This document shows, in pieces, positions 47,420 to 61,159 of a stretch of 64,000 nucleotides of DNA. Both the position numbers and the translations under genes were made by a program. Source of the stretch: Okamejei kenojei. Its lineage: Eukaryota. The DNA is taken from positions 80,166,001-80,230,000 of the forward strand of contig CM069137.1 in NCBI GenBank assembly GCA_035221665.1, read 5' to 3'. How positions within the stretch are numbered: position 1 is the stretch's first letter; every line of letters begins with the position of its first letter. Under the pieces are notes generated by a model. That model was not told the origin of the DNA. It saw only the letters and a program-made list of their open reading frames with translations, and made no database searches.

Positions 47420-48835
47420 AGAGTCATAGAGCCATAGAGTATTTAGCATGGAAACAGGCCTTTCGACCCAACTTGCCCATGCCAACCAAGATGCCCCATC
47501 TACACTAGTCCCATCTGCCCATGTTTGGGCCATATTCCTCTCATTCTTTCCTATCCATGTACCTGTACAAATGCCTTTTAAACGCTGTTATAGTACCTGC
47601 CTCAACTACATCTTCTGGCAGCTCATTCTGAGCATTTACCCTATTTATTCCCTTCATGATCTTATACATGTCTATCAGATCATCTCTCATCCTCCTGCGC
47701 TCCAAGGAATTAAGTTCTCACCTGCCCAATCTCTCCCTAGTTCAGACTCTCTGGTTCTGGCAATATCCTTGTAAATCTTTGTTGCACACTTGCTAGCTTA
47801 ACAACATCCTTCCTCCAGCAAGGTGACCAAACTGGACACTACATTCCAAATAAGGCTTCATTAACTTCTCATATTGACAATGTATTGTGATTTTATGTCC
47901 TGTAAGTGTCCTTGGTTGTCCCGAAAGGCGCCAGCAAATAAAATTCATTATTATTATTATTATTCATACAACTGTGACATCACATCTCAATTTCTATATT
48001 CAATACTGATTGATGGAGGTCAATGTACCAAAAGCTTCTTGACCACCTTATTTACCTTTGATGCTATTTTCAAGGAACTATGTACTCCTAGATCCCTCTG
48101 CTGTACAACACTCCCCGTGGCACTGTCATTCAGGCTTTTCAGTTTTATTCTGTTTCTTCCCAGCTGTTATCAGGTAATTGAATCATCCTACCACAACCAG
48201 AGAGCAGTGCTGAATTACTATCTACCTCTTTGATGAACCTCGGAATATTCTTGATCGGACTTGCTGGCTTTACCTTGCTCTAAACATTATTCCCTTATCA
48301 TATATCTATACACTGTAAATGGGTTGATTGTAATCATGTTTTGTATTTCTGCTGACTGGTTAACATGCAGCAACAAGCTTTTCACTCTATCTCGGTACAT
48401 GTGTCAATAAACTAAACTAATTAACTATTCACTGAAGATTCTGCCATGGTTTGACTACCCTAAATGCCACACTGCATGTATCTGCATTAAACTGCATTGA
48501 CCAACCCTCAGATCGTTTGGCCCTTATCAAGGTCCTGCTGTAATTTTTATCAGCCATCTTTGGTATCCATGATACCACCCACTTTAGTGTAATTTGCATA
48601 TCTGCGCATCTTCTACATTCTCATCCAAATCATTGATACAAAACTGCAAACAGCAAGGGGGTCTGCACTGATCCCTCAGGCCCACCACTAGTCACAGGCC
48701 TCCAGTCCGAAAAGTATCCTTCCTCCATCACATCATCATTTACTCTCCTCATGATCTTACACACACTTTCCAGCTTAATAACATCCATCCCATAGCAGGG
48801 TGGCCAAAGTGAACACAATGCTCCAAATGTGCTCC
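47420..48835 (-). mobile_element. CR1 LINE fragments with a nested L2-like piece
   Basis: CR1 tail at 47420-47620; FSDWRPVTSG.PEGSV..PLLF at ~48640-48720. Confidence 0.75.
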
Positions 48836-49199
48836 ATCAACTTGTTGTGCGGGAAGGAACTGCAGATGCTGATTTAAACTGAAGATTGATGCAAAAAGCT
48901 GGAGCAACTCAGCAGGGCAGGCAGCATCTCTGGGGAGAAGGAGAGGAATTACTCCAGCGTTTTGTGTCTATCTTCCATTAACTTGATGTTCAACTGTAAC
49001 ATAACATCCCAATTTCTATTCTCAATACCCTGACTAATGGCCGCATCCCTGCATGAAGCCAATTCTCTATCCAGGCGGCTGGATCCCTAGAGGTATGGGA
49101 AAGACACTTTGGAGATGCAATTCTCTCTTGGTTATCACTTTTGACTGAATTGAACTCACTCTGAGCAAATAGTTGACCTGATAAATCTCCAGGTGGTGT

Positions 49200-49690
49200 C
49201 CTTATTCTGCGGGCCATTGGAGGAGTTTCCCATGATTTTCACATTCCCTTGCTGACCTCCAGACGATGTTTATAACATCAATAATCGCACTGTGGAAATG
49301 TGTTCTTAGTACTGTGACAGCTCTTCCAAGTCTTCCATCCTTTCCATTCGGTCTTGTCAGGAGATTTAGTGGAAGAAAATGGAGTGCTTTGTAATTGCTA
49401 CATAGGTATCAACTTACAGATCTGAGTCTTTGTCCTATGTCAGCTGTCTTTAATTAATGTCACTGCTCTTTCTCCACCGATGATGGATGATCCAGTTCCA
49501 GACGCTGAAATCGCTGCATGAGAACATTTTATATTCCTTTATACTGCTTCCACAGTCATTGCAGGTTGCATATTTGGCATTTTAAAAATTAGATTTTGAT
49601 GCTTGGGGAATGGACGACAATTTAGCTTTAGGAGAAATCTGCACATAATTTGTTGATCGCTGCTTCCTGTATAAAATGCCACACTTAATA
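49200..49690 (+). pseudogene. Fossil PIF/Harbinger (HARBI1-like) transposase, C-terminal part
   Basis: FGILKIRF*CL at 49573-49605 resembles the family motif FGxLKxRFRCL; weaker upstream similarity; many stops. Confidence 0.55.
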
Positions 49691-50329
49691 GTACGATCGT
49701 CAACTTGTCAGGAGGCTGAAATGACAGATGGATCTCGGAGATGCATAGTCAAAATGGATTTGCAGAAACAAGATCATACAGCCGCTAGAGAGCCTATAAT
49801 CTCATTTTCTATAATTACTTTCCTGTTTCCTCAAAACCATACACAAAATTGAGACTATGCTTATATGAAGTTATTGGATCTGATTTTGTGGCAGCATTGT
49901 AACAGACTTGCATACTAAAAGGGCAGGGCTGTATGTGTGTTGATTCATATCACTGGCTTTAGACTGAGGACAGGTGGTACTTGGAGGTAAATTTGCAAAA
50001 CGCAATTTTGAGGTCCGGGGTACATTGGTGATTCGAAAAAAAAAAAATCAGGGTTTTAATTTGCTTTGCTGATTTCTGTGGGAGTCTTGTAGAATGTCTG
50101 CCTTGCCACGTCCTGGTCTGCAATGGAAGCTTTCGGAGGCCATGGTCAGGGCAAGGTGAAGAAGGGTCTCGACTTGAAACATCACCAAAACCTTCACTCC
50201 GGAGATGCCGCCTGTCCCGCTGAGTTAAGGAACTGCAGATGCTGGTTTACACCGAAGATATTCACTAAATGCTGCAGTAACGTTTTGCACGATTTCCGCA
50301 TGTTTGTTGTTCCCAAGTCTATGTAGTTC

Positions 50330-50520
50330 AGAGCTTATTTGGAGGCTGTTGCGTTTAATAGCCCGATGGCTGCAGGGAAGAAGTTGTTCCTCAACCTGGG
50401 TGTTACAGTTTTCAGGTTCCCATATCTTTTTCCCAATGGCAGCAGTGAAATGAGTGTGTGGCCACGGTGCTGTGGGGCTCTGATGATGCTGGCTGCCTTT
50501 ATGAGGCAGCGACTCCTAAT
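50330..50520 (-). mobile_element. L2/Rex-like LINE C-terminal fragment
   Basis: RCLIKAASII..PQH.GH.L.SLLP.GKRY...RLRNNFFPAAIGLLN. Confidence 0.75.
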
Positions 50521-50839
50521 CTTATAATCCAAATCTAAAATTCTATTGACTAGAAATACATATTCCCAACTATGGTGTAATGTTTTATTTCCATTATTAT
50601 AAATACTGTATCAAAAACATCAATTGCTAGATTTTTAATGTATAAAATACATAAATTCTTATGTCACGAGTGACATTCAAATAATATCGATGAAATTCCA
50701 TAACGCATTAAACAATCATCAATAATGCCGAGCAATTTTTGTTAATTGTGAAGTTTTCTTACTTAGACGACCTGTTAATTAATAATGAAACAAATTAATG
50801 TCAATTGGTTTTACCACTTCAATGTGCTAAATGATTATT

Positions 50840-51390
50840 GTGATCAGTTTTGGGCCTCATATCTGAGGAAATATGTGCTGGCTTTGGAAAGTGTCCAGAA
50901 GAGGTTTATGAGCATGTTCCCAGGAATTATTGGGTTAACATATGATGAGTGTTCAACAGCACTGGGCCTGTACTCAATGGAGTTTAGAAGGATGAGGGGA
51001 CACCTCATTGAAACTTACCGAACAGTGAAATGCCTGGATAGAGTGGATGTGGAGAGGATGTTTCCACTTGTTGAAGAGTCTACAGCTTGAGGTCATAGCC
51101 TCAGAATTAAAGGATGTACCTTTAGAAAAGCGATGAAGAGGAATTTCTTTGGTTAGAGGGTGGTGAATCTGTAGAATTCATTGCCACAGACGGCTGTGGA
51201 GGCCAAGTCTTTGGGTATGTTTAAGGCGGAGTTTGACAGATTCCTGATTAGTAAGGGTGTCAGGGGTTATCAGAAGGCAGGAGAATGGGGTTGAGAGGGA
51301 AAGATTGATCAACGATGATTGAATGGCAAAGTAGACATGATGAGCCGAGTGACCTAATTCTGCTCCTATAACTTATGAACTTATGAACTT
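50840..51390 (+). mobile_element. CR1 LINE 3' fragment
   Basis: LESVQKRF..LGLYSMEFRRMRG.LIETY followed by the tail. Confidence 0.85.
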
Positions 51391-51794
51391 CGATGATTCT
51401 TAATCTAGAGGCACAGATCTGTGCGTTTTCACACATATTGAGTTGACTGAGATTTCTTTCTAGTAGTTTATGCAAAGCCACAATAATAGCCGTTCTTTGG
51501 GGAATCTTTTGCAGAAGCTAAAGGATAGCCTGACCCCACCCACCTTTACTCGGTCAACTCTCATCCTTCTCTGTTCAAGTTAAAATAGGTCCAATCTCTT
51601 CACCCTGCGATTACATTTGAAAGATTTAATCTTGAATACTGGTGTGTCTTTTTTGCACCGTCTTGAGCATGACCCTCCCCTCCTATTTTTTAAAATAATA
51701 TGGCAACTGCACATCTGATACTGAGGCAGGCTATCCTGAGATCAAATGGAAGGTCAGAACTATGTTCTTTTAATTCAACTTAATTTAACAATAA

Positions 51795-52500
51795 TGGGCC
51801 TGTCCCACTTAGGCTACTTTTTAGGCGACTGCAGGAGACTATGCAGTCACTACATTGTCGCCACATGTTCGCGGGTGGTTGCTGGGGAGTGGCCTTCATT
51901 TGTGAGGAGTTCCCGCATTCTGGGAACTAGTCGCGGCCTCATTATGGTCGCCGCGAATTTTTCAACATGTTAAAAAATTAGCGGCGACTAGAATGAAGCC
52001 GCCATGGAGAGTAGCGAGAATTCTCGAGCCGTAGGTGGGTCACCAGGAGGTCCTAGTGGGTTGCCATTAGGTCGGAAGTTCTCGGAGGTTCCCGTAGGTT
52101 GGAGCCGGTGCTGACCGGTGAATTTACACAGCTGTGTATCTCTGGCTTCTTAATAGTTGTCTCCACATCTTCTCCCCCTTCTCCCCCCTCTTCCCCCTTT
52201 CCTCCCCTCTTTTAAAGGACTTACCGTACACTGTGCTTTAGCTGTCTTTTTACAGCGCCAACCTTCCTGTTCATTGCGGTGTGTGTCTGTGTCACCTTGG
52301 CTTTGCACCGTGTGAATTTCTTAGGGCAAGCGGGAGGAGCACTGTCTATAAAATTCACATGGGCTGGTGAAGGAAGCGATGTGTTTGTGTGTGTTCCACT
52401 CTGACAGTCGCCGTTCCAGTTCCCAGTTTATCAGGCGACTGCCGGCAACTTGACAGTCGCCGGCAGTCCGCTGAAAAATCTCCTAAGTGGGACAGGCCCA
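51795..52500. mobile_element. PIF/Harbinger-type MITE (family B)
   Basis: TIRs TGGGCCTGTCCCACTTAGG / CCTAAGTGGGACAGGCCCA; TSD TAA/TAA. Confidence 0.88.
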
Positions 52501-53149
52501 TAAACCCCAGTGTTTAGTATTTTGTGCTCAGGTCCCTCTGGTCAACTTGCTTTCCAAGTAAGAAGTTGGTGGTTTTCTACCCAAGGCCTGTCCCCTGACT
52601 TATGTTTTTGCCTCACTTATGTTGATTCAAGTCTCCTTGTAGTTCATTGCAACAGTTCTTGGTATTGACCAATTTAATGTCAATCTTATATTTAGAAATT
52701 GTACCTTCAATTGAAAATTTTAAATTGTTAGATCGGGTTGTCAATGGCATAGGTTCAAACATTGATTCTTTCGAGACCCTACCCTGCACCACCTGCCCCC
52801 TTGTATAAATGGTGTTTGACCCTATCTCAGCTTTCTCACAGACAGCTGGCTATCCAGTCTGCTCTCTGCCCCCTGACTCGATATTTACTGACCTTGTTCA
52901 TTGTATGGCAGGATTTCCAAAGGCCTTTTGGGAATCTGGATAGATTACTTCTACCATATTACCTTTCTTTACTCTGTCTGTTGCCTCTTCAAACTATTCA
53001 ATCAGATTCTTTCAAAAATCCGTACTGAATATATTTGGCTTCAGAATGTTTTTCTGTTTGACAATAGACAATAGGTGCAGGACTAGGCCATTCGGCCCTT
53101 TGAGCCAGCCAGTTGGCTATTTTAAGATTCCACTATTATTCTTTGGTGA

Positions 53150-53410
53150 GCTCACAGCAGTATGGGTAGTGCAGGGGGTGGAACGGAGTTTGGACGTTCT
53201 CCCTGTGACCATGTGGGTTTTCCCCAGGTGCTCCAATTTTCTCCTACACTCCAAAGACTTCAACCAAGTTTGTTGGTTAATTGGCTTCTGTAAAATTGTC
53301 CCCAGTGTGTAGGATGAAACTAGTGTACGGGTGATCGCTGGTCAGCGTAGACTTGGTGCGCCAAAGGGCCTGTTTCCACACTGCATCTCAAAATAAATTA
53401 AACTAAACTA
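53150..53410 (+). mobile_element. V-SINE (partial)
   Basis: V-domain and tail. Confidence 0.75.
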
Positions 53411-53584
53411 CAGTTTATTGTTGCCTGGACCTATCTCCCTTCTTAAATACAGGTATATTATTAGCGATTCAGCAGCCCCATGGCACTATACTTTTTCCTT
53501 ATGAATTATTAAATAAGCATAATAGCACCAATGCAGTCTCTTCTAGATTATTTAAGAATGCATGGAGAAGTCCGACTGTAGCAG

Positions 53585-54140
53585 AGGTTTGACACAAAAT
53601 GCTGGAGTAACTTAGCGGGACAGGCAGCATCTCTGGACAGACGGAATGGGTGACGTTTTGGGTCAAGACCCTTCTTCAGACTGAGAGTCAGGGGAGAGGG
53701 AGACACAGATATATGGGAGGGTAAGGTGTGTGAAAATGGGACATCGGAGGGGACGAAGCTCAAGAGAAATGTAGAATAGATCATTGCTAGCTTGGGGAAG
53801 GTGACAACAAAGCATACAAAGATAACATTTAATCAGGGGGCAGTCAGGTTGGTTGGAGAACAAGAATAGGGGAGGGATGGAGAGAGGGAAACAAGGGCTA
53901 CTTGAAGTTAGAGAAGTCAATATTCATATCGCTGGGTTGTAAGCTGCACAAGTGAAATGTGAGGTGCTGTTCCTCAAATTTGCATGGGCCTCACTCTGAC
54001 AAAGGAGGAGGCTCAGGACAGACAGGTCAGTATTGGAATGGGAGGGGAAGATAAAGTGTTTAGCTAACAGGAGATCATATAGGTTTCGGCGGACTGAGCT
54101 GAGTTGTGCAGCAGAAAGATCGCCGAGCCTGTACTTGCTT
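53585..54140 (-). mobile_element. Penelope-like element 3' fragment / pLTR
   Basis: Homologous to 32320-32900; degenerate hammerhead core at 53652-53679. Confidence 0.8.
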
Positions 54141-54541
54141 TATTCTCTCTGACTTTACTTAATTTTATTTTTTTCTCCTCTTAATTTTAATTGCAGTTAT
54201 TCTATTTTAATTTCACTCTCTGGAGTCAGCTGCATTGGATCTGATTCTTTGATAAATTAATTAAATTACAAAGCAATTAGTTGATATTTTACTATTTCGC
54301 TATAGCTGACTATGATTTGATCCTGTGCCATAGTGTGGCTCCAAATGTCCATATTTGTGTCTGTAACATTTTACAATGTTATATCTGAGAGCCAGAGACA
54401 TATTGGACCAAAGTAGGTCCTTTGGTCCAACTTGTCTACACTGACCAAGGTAACTCCCTGAGCTAGTTCCATTTGCCTACGTTTGGCCCACATTCCCCTG
54501 CACCATTCCTACCCATGAACCTGCCTATTTGTCTCTTAGAA

Positions 54542-54674
54542 CTTCTTCTTCTTGCTTATGGCGTGCACAGCTTAAAGTTGTAGGACAACTTGTTCTATTT
54601 GATCTTTTTTGATTGTGCACGCTGGGTTCATTGCATTTGTCGAAACAGGGTGGACCACGTGAAGGTTGCAATCT
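54542..54674 (-). mobile_element. Ribozyme-headed short retroposon, copy 3 (lacks the first ~8 nt), inside a CR1 tail
   Basis: Minus strand: agattgcaaccttcacgtggtccaccctgtttcgacaaatgcaatg...gtgcacgccataagc(aag)4. Confidence 0.85.
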
Positions 54675-54849
54675 ATAGATGTTGCAATTGTATCCTCAAC
54701 CACTTCTGTGGATGCTCAATCCATTCGCCCCACCTCCCTCTGCATGAAAATCTTGCAAATTAGATCATATTTTAACTTAAACCTATGCCTTCTAGTTCTA
54801 AACTTTCCTCCCCTAAGAAAAAGACTGTGGCCGTCCATGTTATCTGTTT

Positions 54850-55435
54850 AAGAAAGAACTGCAGATTGTGGAAAAATCTCAGGTAGAAAAATGCTGGAGA
54901 AACTGAGCGGGTGAGGCAACATCTATGGAACAAAGGAATAGGTGGCGTTTCGGGTCGAGACCCTTCTTCAGACTGATGTAGGGTTGGTGGGGGCGGAAAG
55001 AAGAAAAGAAGAGGCAGAGACAGTAGGCTGTGGGAGAGCTGGGAAGGGGAGGGGAAGGAGGGAGAAAGCAAGGACTACCTGAAACTGGAGAAGTCAATGT
55101 TCATACCGCTGGGGTGTAAACTACCCAAGCGAAATATGTGGTGCTACTTCTCCAATTTGTGGTGAGACTCACTCTGGCCATGGAGGAGGCCCCGGACAGA
55201 AAGGTAGGATTTGGAATGGGAGGGGGTTGAAGTGCTGAACCACCAGGAGATCAGATTGGTTAATGCGGACTGTACGTGGTACTGGGCAAAGCCTGCGCTT
55301 GGTCTCACCGATGTAGAGCAGCTGACACAATAGATGAGGTTGGAGGAGGTGCAGGTGAACCTCTGCCTCACCTGGAAAGACTGCTTGGGTCCTTGGATGG
55401 AGTCGAGGGGGGAGGTAAAGCGACAAGTGTAGCAC
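54850..55435 (-). mobile_element. Penelope-like element 3' fragment
   Basis: QGPKQSFQVRQRFTCTSSNLIYC, YIGETKRRL, pLTR. Confidence 0.85.
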
Positions 55436-55439
55436 ATTA

Positions 55440-56575
55440 TCTGCATCCCTCATGATTTTATGAAACTCCATAAGGTCACTCCTCAACCTTTGCTCCAGGG
55501 AAAACAGTTGCAGCCTATCCAGATTCTCCTCAAACTCAAGCTTTCCCATCTCAGCAACATCTTTGTGAATCTTTACTTCTCTAGCTTAATCACATGCTTT
55601 CTGTGTTAATCACACCCATACTGAGGTGGCCATAACTGGACCCAATATGCCAGGTGTGGTCTCCCCAGCATCTTGTATTGCTGTAATATGAAGTCCCATC
55701 TCCAGTATTCAATGCCCCATTTGATGAAGGAAAGCATTCCATATGCCTTCTTTACTTTTGTCCATCTATGTTGCTATTTTCCAGGAACTATGTGCTGGTA
55801 CCGTTCCTCTCATGTGCTTCCCTCTGATCTACAACACTCCCCAGGGCCCTGTCATTCATTCACTGTCATAGTTTAACTTCCCAAAGTACATCCATTCACA
55901 CTTGGCACAGTTAAATTCAATTTGCTATTCCTTTGCTCATTTTCCTGCCAATCTAGACCCTGCATAACCTGAGACAACCTTCTTCACCGTCTGCCACAAT
56001 ACCAGTTTCACTTTAATTTGCAAACATACTAACCATGCCACCTACATTCCCATCCCAAACGTTAATACATGATAAACAATAGGAAATGTAGTAATGATCC
56101 CTGCAGCACATCACTGGTCAGAAACCACCAATCTGTAAAACAACCCTCCACTACCACTCTCTAACTCTTTCCACCAAACTAATGATGTCTTTAATTAGCT
56201 AACTCACACTGGATTCCATGCGATTTCACCTTTTGGACCAGTCTAAAAACCAAGAGCTTGTTAAATGCCTTGCTAACATTCATAGAGTCATACAGAATGG
56301 ATACAAGTCCTTTGGCCCAACTTGCCCATAAAGATCAAGATCTACACGAGTCCTAACTGCCCATGTTTGGACCATATCCCTCTAAACCTTTCCAAATCAT
56401 GTACCTGCCCAAATGTATTTTAAATGCTGCCTCAACTAACTACTCTGGCAACTGATTCCACATACCCACCAACCTGCGTGTGAAAAGGTTGCCCCTCAGT
56501 TTTCCCATGATATCTTTCCCCTCTCACATTAAACCTATGACCTCTGGTTCTTGATTCCCCTATTCTGGGTATATG
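55440..56575 (-). mobile_element. CR1 LINE fragments
   Basis: LDRLQLFSLEQRLRSDL; GESRTRGHRF.V.GER; tail at ~56280-56400. Confidence 0.75.
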
Positions 56576-56699
56576 ATCTGTGGATCTACATTGTTCATGT
56601 TCACAGCCCTTGCCTTCCTCAGTTCCCTTGGTCACCTCTTCAGAAGCTCAATCTCTTGTCGTGTTGCAAAAAACAAATAGCAATGTTAAAGGGGCAGCA

Positions 56700-57250
56700 G
56701 GGTGGCACAGTGGTAGAGTTGCTGCCTTACAGCGTCAGAGACCCGGGTTCAATCCTGATTACGGGTGCCTGTCTGTACGGAGTTTGTAATTTCTCCCCAA
56801 GCCCATGTGGGTTTTCCCCAGGTGCTCCAGTTTCCTCCCTTACTCCAAAAACGTACAGGTTTGTAGGTTAGGGGGTTACACAAAAAGCTGGAGAAACTCA
56901 GCGGGTGCAGCAGCATCTAAGGAGCGAAGGAGATAGGCGACGTTTCGGGTCGAGACCCTTCTTCAGACTGGTCAGGGATCAGGGAAACGAGAGATATAGA
57001 CGGTGATGTGGAGAGATAAAGAACAATGAATGAAAGATATGCAAAAAAGTATCGATGATAAAGGGAACAAGCCATTGTAAGCTGTTTGTGGTGTGAAAAT
57101 GAGAAGCTAGTGCGACGAGGGTGGTAGGTTAATTTGGCCTTAGTAAAAAAATTGTAAATTATCCCTAGCATGTAGAATACCACTAAGTTGCGGGGATTGC
57201 TGGTCAGCACGGACTCGGTGGGCTGGTTCCACACTATCTCTAAACTAAAC
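56700..57250 (+). mobile_element. V-SINE interrupted by a young pLTR fragment (~56871-57123, hammerhead core 56939-56966 on minus)
   Basis: The insert is nearly identical to 32320-32570 and is flanked by a GTAGGTTA duplication. Confidence 0.85.
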
Positions 57251-57929
57251 TCTTCTATAGAATCAAGAAAGCTAAAATATATGATCTAACTTTGGTATCT
57301 TCAGAGGCGTCTCCCTTCTGATGACCACAGGAAAAGTCATCACTGGTGTCCTCCTGTATAGCTTCCTCCTGGCAGTGGAGAATCTGCTTTCCAAGTCACA
57401 GCATGGATCCATCCATCTGGAGGCCGAGGAGACATGATTTTCACAATACACCCTTGCTTCACGTTTCCTCTTTGCCTTCCTAATAGTTTATCACCTTCTC
57501 TCCATGTATTATCCCGTCATGCTCACCCCTTTTGTCCGTGAACTTTGTTAACGTTGCTTTCCTTCCTCTTGTGCCTTCATTCAGATAGAGTGCCACAAAG
57601 CTGTTCACTTTATTCTATCCAAAGACATTCATAAAACAGATTTTCTCCAATCTATTAGTCTCTGATCTTTGTCAAACTAAACAAAGCTAAACTAATCATG
57701 GGGTCTATTACTTAAGTGTTTCCTGTTTGTAACTTTTGATCTCTGCTCTGCTTCTATTTTATGGTAACAGATGTAATAGTAAAATTGCTTTCTCTTTCAT
57801 CTTACAGACCAGTTTAAGTAGGCATCCAGTTCCAATGTGATAAAAAGGAACTGCAGATAGATGATGTTTCAGGACCTTTCTTCAGACTGGTTATAATGGA
57901 GAGGGGGGTGGGGGGGAATATTCTATCCA

Positions 57930-58660
57930 TCTGGTTGGCAATTGCAGAGAGCTGTGTACGTAGCCCAGACCGTCATGCAAAGCAACATCCCTTCCATTGA
58001 CTCCATCTACACTTCACACTTCACTGCCTCAACAAGGCCACCAACATAATTAAAGACCAGACTCACCCCGGTTACTCCCTCTTCTCCTCACTCCCATCAG
58101 GCAAGAGAATGGAATACTTTATTGTCACATGTGACTAGGCGCAGTGAAATTCTTTGCTGCAAACCAAATGTATACAAATAGCAGCCACCTACGGTGCTGA
58201 CAAAATTACAAAGCATGCCGGCTCCTCCTTTTGTTCTCCCCCCATCGCGTTCCCCCACGCCCGGTCCCCATTGTCCTTTGTTCTCCCCACCCCGCTCACG
58301 GTGGTCCTCCACATCGACCGTCAACTGTGGGTCCACCCGCGAGGCATTGCCACCGCCGCGAGGCTTCACCACCGCCGAGGCCCCATTGTCGCGAGGCTTC
58401 ACCGCTGTCGACGCGAGGTATTGCCACCGAGGTACAGAAGGCTGAAAATGCACATCTCCAGATTCAGGGGCAGTTTCTTCCCAGCAAATGAACCACCAGC
58501 TAGAAATCAGTTCTCACCACCCATTTATGCCTGTCCACTGTGAACGGCTTGAGTGTAATCATGTACTTCCTGTTTTTTCTTTGACTGGAAAGCAGGCGAC
58601 AAAAAGCTTTTCACTGTACCTTGGTACACGTGACAATACTAAACTAAGCTAAACTAAACA
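57930..58660 (+). mobile_element. L2/Rex-like LINE 3' fragment with a nested GC-rich insert (~58108-58430)
   Basis: Homologous to 13020-13293; tail cttttcactgtaccttggtacacgtgacaat(actaa)n. Confidence 0.65.
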
Positions 58661-59199
58661 GAACTGAACTATACAGAAACAGACTTCATATATAGAGAAG
58701 GTGAGTAGAAAAGCAGATGATTAATGTTGAGTCATTATTATTCTCTACTCACTATATTGCGTATACTTTTTCTCACCAGACTAAAGCATGGGTATGAAGG
58801 CTCAGGTGATCGTACAGAAAGGATTTACTGATCCCACTCCAGGGATGAGGGATCTCAGTTATAAAGATTTTTCTCTCTTTGTAACTGAGAAGCTGAAATG
58901 GTTCTTTTCAGAGCAGTGAAGGTTGAGAAGACATTTGTAGAATATCATGACAGGTTGTGACAGCGTGGATAGCAAAAAGCCATTCCTATTAGTCAAGGAG
59001 CCAAGATCGAGAAGACACAATTTCAAAGTTATTGGCAATAAGTCTGGAGATGATGTGAGGAAAAACCTCCTTCCACAGTCATCAGTTACAATCCAGAATG
59101 GACTTCCTAAAAAGTTAATTTAGATCTAATTTTTAAAAATAAATCTGATAAGTATTTTTACCAGAGTGGAACTGTCAAAGCCTGGAGGACATAGTTCCA

Positions 59200-59969
59200 A
59201 GTGCCTGTCCCACTGACGTGACTTTACAGCGAGTGCATTCGACTTTCAAGCTCGAGGGCACTCGCCTGGAAAACCTCGAGCTGGATCGAACATCAGCGAT
59301 GAAACCNNNNNNNNNNNNNNNNNNNNNNNNNNNNNNNNNNNNNNNNNNNNNNNNNNNNNNNNNNNNNNNNNNNNNNNNNNNNNNNNNNNNNNNNNNNNNN
59401 NNNNNNNNNNNNNNNNNNNNNNNNNNNNNNNNNNNNNNNNNNNNNNNNNNNNNNNNNNNNNNNNNNNNNNNNNNNNNNNNNNNNNNNNNNNNNNNNNNNN
59501 NNNNNNNNNNNNNNNNNNNNNNNNNNNNNNNNNNNNNNNNNNNNNNNNNNNNNNNNNNNNNNNNTGGGGAAGTGCTGTCTGAAATTCACACCTCAGATGA
59601 AGAGGAAGGTAAAAGACGGCTGCACACTGTACGGTAAATCCTTTGTAGTCCTGTGCCACAGTACGAGTTCATTCCAAGCGCTCTCCCGAGTTTAAAAAAA
59701 ATCAAACTCGTGGTAAGCACAGAGAATGAACGTAGCGGGCACGTCGGAGCTCGGGGACGTCTCTTAGTGCTAACGGCAGGTACTCGGGAAGACTCGCTAA
59801 CGGCAGGTAAGTACGGGAAGACTCGTGAAGATTTTTCAACATGATGAAAAATGTCCACGAGTGACCTCATAGGACCTCTTAGGACCTCGTGTCGACCATG
59901 CTGCGAGTTTGAGTCGAGGGCAAACTCGTTTAAACTCGCGAATTGTGTCCCCACAGTGGGACAGCCCCT
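59200..59969. mobile_element. PIF/Harbinger-type MITE spanning an assembly gap
   Basis: AGTGCCTGTCCCACTG ... CAGTGGGACAGCCCCT followed by TTA; interior related to family A. Confidence 0.75.
59307..59564. other. Assembly gap
   Basis: Run of N. Confidence 1.
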
Positions 59970-60225
59970 TTAAGGTGCGGGGGGCAACGTTTAAAGGAGA
60001 TGTGCGGTGAGTTTTTATGCAGTGACTAGTGGGCTGTTGGAAAGCACTGACAGGGGTAGGGGTGGAGGCAGATTCGATTTCAGCCACGGTAGACACATAG
60101 ATAAGCAGGGAATGGCAGGGGTAGTATGGACCATGTGGAGGGAGAAGAGATCAGTTTAAGTTGGGGGCATGTTTGGGACAGACATTATGGGCTGAAGAGC
60201 CTGATCCTGTGCTGTAAAATTCTAT

Positions 60226-60447
60226 AGAAAGAAAGAACTGCAGTTGCTGGTTTGTATCAAAGATAGACACAAAGTGCTAGAATAACTCAACGGGTCAGGC
60301 AGTATCTCTGGAGAAAAAGGATGGGTGACGTTTCAGGTTGGGTTGGTTCGGGTTAGGTCTGAAGAAGGGTCGCGATCTGATACATCATTCATCCGTTTTC
60401 TTCAGAGATGCTGCCTGACTCGTTGAGTTACTCCAGCATTTTGTGTG
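60226..60447. mobile_element. Penelope-terminus-derived fold-back element
   Basis: Arms aactcaacgggtcaggcagtatctctg / cagagatgctgcctgactcgttgagtt. Confidence 0.8.
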
Positions 60448-61159
60448 TACCTTCTGTAAATGTTCTAGGTTTCCGCTGGAAGGTTACATTTTCCAGGGTT
60501 TGGGAGAGAGCGGCCACTGGCAGGAATTCTGGTTTCAAGCAGAAGATTGTCGCGGCTTGATGGCGCCATGAACTTGGGGAGGCCTTTGGATATTTCAATA
60601 TTTAGATTCCTTCATGGGATGTGTGAATGAATGGACCTGGAGACATGGCTGAAGTGGAAACCACCAAGTGAAGTTATGTGGGAGTAAGGCTGAAATAAGT
60701 GGGTACAACTCTGTCCGTTAAGTGCCTTAATGTTTTCACTCTTGCTTCACACAGAAATACAGCCAGAAAAAGGCCCCTTGGCCCATTAAATCCATGCTGG
60801 CCCTGAACCACCTATTTATGCTAATTCTGCATCATATTCTGGGTTGTATGACACCTTCCTCATGAGAGAACCAATCATAAGTTGACTGATATCAGGAAGT
60901 TGCACAGCCAAGTATAAACTTTGCTTTTTCAACCATCACAATTCAATAGTTGTTATCATGCGCTCTGATCTCAATAAGCAGTTGATCTGATTCATTCCCC
61001 TCAAAGGTAATCAGAAAAATAGAAGCCATAAGAGAAAGAAGATAACAAAGTCACAGAAGTGAATGATGTTATGACTTTGGAACCCAAAACTATTTGAGAG
61101 ACACCTCATCAATTAGAACAGTCCCAATGACTGACTGAACCAGGCATATTAAATTCAGT

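Larger units (their letters stand above)
58790..60225 (+). mobile_element. Degraded CR1 fragments interrupted by a MITE
   Basis: ggacatag...|ttaaggtg...tttaaaggagatgtgcgg; tail at ~60180-60225. Confidence 0.65.
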
